Below the pieces are notes generated by a model. The model worked only from the letters and a program-made list of their open reading frames with translations. It made no database searches and was not told where the DNA came from. The translations under genes were made by a program, and so were the position numbers. From the NCBI GenBank assembly GCA_963769025.1, contig CAVYKI010000003.1:896001-960000 (forward strand): 64,000 bases of DNA, given 5' to 3'. The stretch comes from an uncultured Verrucomicrobiae bacterium (GTDB taxonomy: Bacteria; Verrucomicrobiota; Verrucomicrobiia; Chthoniobacterales; Chthoniobacteraceae). Of the stretch, positions 59,193 to 64,000 are shown one piece after another. Position 1 is the stretch's first letter. Every line of letters starts with the position of its first letter.

Positions 59193-60239
59193 ATGCGATC
59201 CTCCGGACGGAAAAACACCGCCGCTTTCACGCTCGTCGAGGTGCTCGTCGCCGCGGCGATCCTCGTGGCGATGGTCGGCTTTCTTCTCACCGTCATGGAC
59301 CAGACGGCGCGGATCTGGTCGAGCACCTCGGCGAAGGTGGAGCAGTTCCGCGAGGCGCGGAATGCTTTCGAGCGCGTGAGCAGCCGGCTCGCGCAGGCGA
59401 CGTTGAACACGTACTGGGACTACGACAATGCGACGGCACCGACGCGTTACGAACGCCGGAGCGAACTGCGTTTCATCGCCGACAACGCGGCGACGCTCCT
59501 CGGAACCAGCGGGACCACGAGACGGATGACGCATGCCGTTTTTTTCAACGCGCCGATGGGTCTCGCCGCGACCGACGGCAACCGCGGGCTCTCGAACGCC
59601 CTGAATGCGCTCGGCTTTTTCGTGGAATTTGGCGACGACACCTCGCAGCGCCCGAGCTTCATCACGCCCGACATGATCGGTCCGCGCTGGCGCTTCCGGC
59701 TCATGGAGTTTTCGCAACCGACGGAGAAGTTCAGCCTCTACCAGTTCACGAATGGCAACCCGGGGGTGAAGACGACCGCGTGGTTCACGGGCGACGTGAA
59801 CAGCACGGCCTCCTCGGGGATGAAGCGGGTCGTCGGGGAGAATGTGATCGCGTTCATCCTCACACCGCGCCTCGCGAAGGCCGAGGAGACGCCGCTCCAG
59901 ACCAATGCCACCCACTCGCCGCTCGCGCCGGCCTACAGCTACGACTCGACGAACACGAGTTCCAAACCGCAGCTCAACCCGAGGAACCAGCTCCCGCCGG
60001 TGATGCAGCTCACGATGGTCGCCATCGATGAGAAATCAGCGGAGAGGCTCGACCTCGACTCCGCCAAGTCGGACGTGTTCGGAATCGTGAGCTCCAACCT
60101 TTTCAAGAACACGGCGAACTTCACCGCCGATCTCGCGACACTCGAGACGACGCTCGCACAGACGAAGGTGCGCTACCGGATTTTCACCACGAACGTCCAC
60201 ATCCGCGCCGCGAAATGGAGCCGGGAACAGGCCAACTGA
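59193..60239 (+). CDS. vccC: Verru_Chthon cassette protein C (pseudopilin-like)
   Basis: AFTLVEVLV, QFREARNAFE...LAQATLNTYWDY, RRSELRF, HAVFFNAPMG, NQLPP, YRIFTTNVHIRAAKWS. Confidence 0.9.
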   Translation: MRSSGRKNTAAFTLVEVLVAAAILVAMVGFLLTVMDQTARIWSSTSAKVEQFREARNAFERVSSRLAQATLNTYWDYDNATAPTRYERRSELRFIADNAATLLGTSGTTRRMTHAVFFNAPMGLAATDGNRGLSNALNALGFFVEFGDDTSQRPSFITPDMIGPRWRFRLMEFSQPTEKFSLYQFTNGNPGVKTTAWFTGDVNSTASSGMKRVVGENVIAFILTPRLAKAEETPLQTNATHSPLAPAYSYDSTNTSSKPQLNPRNQLPPVMQLTMVAIDEKSAERLDLDSAKSDVFGIVSSNLFKNTANFTADLATLETTLAQTKVRYRIFTTNVHIRAAKWSREQAN

Positions 60240-63200
60240 ACGCGACCGCTTTTTCAGGAGGGCACCGGCGACGGGCCATCGCGCTCGTGCTCGTCCTCAG
60301 CTTCGTCGTGCTGATCGCGGCGGCCATCGTCGGATTCTTCGCCAGTGCCACCTCCGCACGACGCGAGTCCGCAGGCTACGCATCGGGCATCGCCGTGAAG
60401 CAGCTCACGGACATCGTGACGAATATCGTGATGGGCCAGATTTCCGACGGCACGAGGAGTTGGGAAATCCCGCCAGCCTCACCGGCCGCGAAAGGCGGCG
60501 GCGCGCGGCTCACGTATTCGACGCAGCCGGGGCTCATCCGCACCTACGACGACGCCGGGGGACGCGGGCGGATCTTCAAATTGTACTCGTCGGATACAAT
60601 GGTCACCAGTCCCGGCGGTGCGTGGAGCGTGAGCGCCCAACTCGCGAACGAGGTGCCCGCGGACTGGCCGGGCCAGCCCGCGATTTTCACCGACCTGAAC
60701 CAGCCCGTGCTCGTCGAGAATCCGCTCGGCAAAATCAAGCCCGCGGGTTCGACGCGATCGTTTTCCGCAGCGTACCCGATTTTGGATCCGCTCGCGTTCA
60801 TTCCGAGCGCCGGGACCAGTGCGGGTGTCCAGGGATTCGATTTGCGCGGCATCCCGGCTTACAAAGGCGGCAGCGGGCAGCCTCCGATCAGCGAATCGGA
60901 CGACCCGACGGCGGGGGCCGCGACCGGCCTGACGAGCAACCCGGCGCCCATGCCGGTGCGGTGGATCTACGTCCTGCAGGATGGCACGCTGACGGTGCCC
61001 CCTTCCGTCACCGGGACCACGCTGAGCGCCGACTGGTCGGCCCTGCCGGCGGACAGTCCGCAGCGGCCCACGAAGGCCAACCCGATCACCGGCCGCATCG
61101 CATTCTGGACGGACGACGAGACGTGCAAGCTCAACGTGAACACCTCCGGCGAGCCGACGCCGTGGGACACGCCGCGCGCGATCACTTTTCAGGATCTGAA
61201 CTACGGGCGCTTCCAGCCGGCGCAAAAGGAATTCCAGCGCTTCCCGGGACACCCGTTCAGCACGGCGCTGAGCCCGGTGTTCTTCCCGGGCACCGCGCTC
61301 ACGGCGGCGCAAAAGGAGGACATTTACCGGATCATCCCGCGTCTCGGCACGGGCGGCACGCTCGCAGCCACGCGCGCGATCCCGGCGGGTGCCACTTCCG
61401 GCGACCCCTCGGCCATCAATCTCGATTCGGACCGTCTCTATGCGAGCGTTGACGAGTTTCTTTTCGCACCGCCGGCATCGGGCGCGGCCGCTCGTCCGGA
61501 GAATCCGCCGAAGGATCCGGCTGGCACGCCCTCCACGCTCCCGCAGTTCAAGGAGCGCCTGAAACGTGCGCGCTTTTTTCTCACCGCCAGCAGTCGCGCG
61601 CCGGAGGTGACGCTCTTTGGTACACCGCGGATCAGCCTCTGGCCCGTGCCGATGAATTCCACACTGCGGACCACTTTCGACAGCCTCGCGGCATTCTGCT
61701 CGACGGTGGGACCGGGCGGCACGGCGCTGCCGTTCCATTTTCAGCGCACGGATTCCACGAAGCCCAGGCCGGACTACGACAACATCCCGCGCAACCAGAC
61801 GCTCTACAAATACCTCCAGACCGTCACCGCGCAGCCGGTGCCGGGATACGGCGGAAATTTCAAACAGAAGTGGGGCGATGATCGCGATCAGGTGCTCACG
61901 GAAATTTTTGACTATATCCGGAGCACGAACCTGCGCGACCCGGTGCTCGTGCAGCAGGGCAAGGCGCGCTTCGCGGATAACGGCCAAGTCTCGCCGATCC
62001 AAATCGGCGACACGCAGGGGTTCGGGCGGCTCTTCACCATCTCGCAGGCCGGGATGCACTTCATCTGCAGCCAGGAATCGGACGCCGGAATCCTTAACGG
62101 CAATGCCACCCCGAACGACAAGCTGGGCGCCGGCGAGCGCATCGTGAACACCTCATTCCTGTTCGAGCCGTGGTCGCCCTCGCTCGGATTTTATATGATT
62201 TTTGAAAGGCTGTTCTTCGATGTGCAGTTCGGCACATCGGGATTCACGGTCGATGGGGAGCCGCTGAAAATGCGCGCGGGCGGCAAGGCGCTGAGCAACA
62301 CCATCGGCTCGGGCTGGCACAATAACGGACGGGAGCACGGCGGTTCCGGCGGCCTGCGCGGGCCGATGCAGGCCTTCGGCGGCGGCGGCTACCAGTGGAT
62401 CAGCCAGGCGCAGGCGACGCTGCCGGATGGCAAGACGAAGGTCACGGGAATCAAGGTGACCGGGGACACGTTCAAGTTCGTGGGCGGCGACGTGACGATC
62501 AAAATTTACTCCACCAACAGCGCGGACGCGGCCTCGCTCGTCCAGACGCTCACGCTCCGCATTCCGGACGGGACCTTCCCCGTGCCGAAATTGGTGCGGA
62601 CTGGAACGGTCCGCATACCGCGGAGGCAGTCGCGACCCAGACTGAAACGTGGTGGACCTTTGGCGGCTTCACGCCGGCCGGCAAGGCGGCAGTCTCCGGT
62701 CGCTACAGCAATCTCGGCCAGGTCCCGCATGCTCCGGGGACGGAGTACGCTGACCCCAAGCGACGCTGGGCGAACAGCGGCGGCGCACCGGGATTCAAGA
62801 TTGGCGGAATTTTCCGCGACGAGGATGTCGTGCGGACGATCGTGCCCGACCACGGCGACATCCGCCTCATCGCTGCGAAACGCACCGTTCCGGCGACGGA
62901 CTTTGTGAAAGTGCGCGACACCGAGTGGAACAGCACCAGCGATCGCATGGTGCACATTTTCACATCGTCCGCGGGCTCGCACTTTCTCTACGGTTTTGCG
63001 AATGAACCCGGAGATCGCCCGGGCGGCGCGGACCGCGCGAATCCCTCCGGCGGCACGCTGGGCGGCATCCCGGCCGCGGCGGCGGACGACCAGCTCACCG
63101 CTTCCGCGCTCGTGAAGTATCACTACTCCCGCCTGCCTGAAATCCGGCCCGGCGCGGGGAAGATTTACAATCGTTGGAACGACTACGACAATGGCGTCTC

Positions 63201-64000
63201 CACCTGGAGCGACGGCTCGTACATCAACAAGCCCGACGAAGGGAACTTCACCTCCACGAATTCGCCCTTCACGTACTACGCATGGAACACGGCGGCGGAT
63301 TCGGCCGGCACATTTTTCTCGCCGAACCGCCTGATCCCCTCCGCCGGCATGCTCGGCTCGCTCCCCACTGGCGTGAAGCGCAACCGCCCGTGGGAAACGC
63401 TCCTCTTCCGGCCGGAAACGCGGACCAGCAGCGGCAGCCCGCATCCGGGAACGCTCGCGCCGCGCGACCACCTCATCATGGATCTTTTCTGGATGCCCAT
63501 CGGCGAGCCCTACCCGATCAGCGAGCCCTTCTCCACGGCGGGGAAGGTGAACCTCAACTACGAGATCGCGCCGTTCAGCTACATCCGCCGCACCACGGCG
63601 CTTCATGGCGTGATGAAAGCCGAGGAACCGCTCGTCCTGCCGAACGAAGCCGCAACCATTTACAAACTCTGGGATCACGAGACGAACGATCATCCATTCC
63701 TGCTGCCGAGCAACGGGTCGAACCCGGTTGCGGATCCGACGGTGAAGGCGGACTGGACCAAGGCCTACAACAAGCAGGCTCCCTTCGACCGCTTGCGCCG
63801 ATCGATCGACGTGGAGAAGACGCTCGCGCAGGCGGACACCCGTTTCGCGAAGGGCGACGCCTTCCGCTCCGCGACGGAAATTTGCGAGCTTCATCTCGTC
63901 CGCGACGGCGAAAGCCTTTCCGACTATCAGAGCGGTGCGGTTTTTCAAAAGGCGCTCATCACCGGCGACAACACCCGCGAACGTCCGTACGCGAATCTCT
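60215..64000 (+). CDS. vccA: Verru_Chthon cassette protein A (large; frameshift near 62610-62640; runs off window)
   Basis: RAIALVLVL, QPGLIRTY, MPVRWIYVL.DG, GRIAFWTDDETCKLNVNT, EFQRFPGHP; after the shift HGDIRLIAA, GSLPTG..PWETLLFRP, DLFWMP..EPY.ISEPFSTAGKVNLNY, GDNTRERPY. Confidence 0.92.

Overview
GC-rich bacterial chromosome segment, most likely Verrucomicrobiota (Chthoniobacterales/Spartobacteria-like), judged from a Verru_Chthon cassette (vccB-vccC-vccA) and a stand-alone SWIB protein. Mostly housekeeping genes: hisF, a MacAB-type ABC exporter, glgE, rodZ-like, ftsK, rpoN, apbE, mutS, upp, ymdB, pnp, rpsO, rplJ, rplA, a two-component system, pyc, a polyprenyl synthase, radC, lpxA, sufT, nupC and yhaM. 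mutS, a sulfatase, pnp, rplJ, pyc, one hypothetical gene and vccA carry apparent single-base insertions, most likely consensus errors. I recognised no rRNA, tRNA, CRISPR array or transposase. Most notable: (1) a four-helix-bundle (IVS/Avd-like) gene inside the ABC operon, bracketed by three copies of a 32-bp heptamer repeat (two direct, one inverted), with orphan 6-, 7- and 8-mer tandem elements elsewhere; (2) a rearranged rplA-rplJ-rpsO(-pnp) operon lacking rplK and rplL, with its own promoter and an L1-type operator; (3) a translationally coupled four-gene membrane/GTPase operon; (4) two pairs of unannotated small tandem paralogs, one behind a sigma-54 motif; (5) a candidate 6S-like structured RNA; (6) a short clade-II chlorite dismutase near a Tat molybdo-oxidoreductase. 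All family calls come from motif recognition by eye; no database searches were run.
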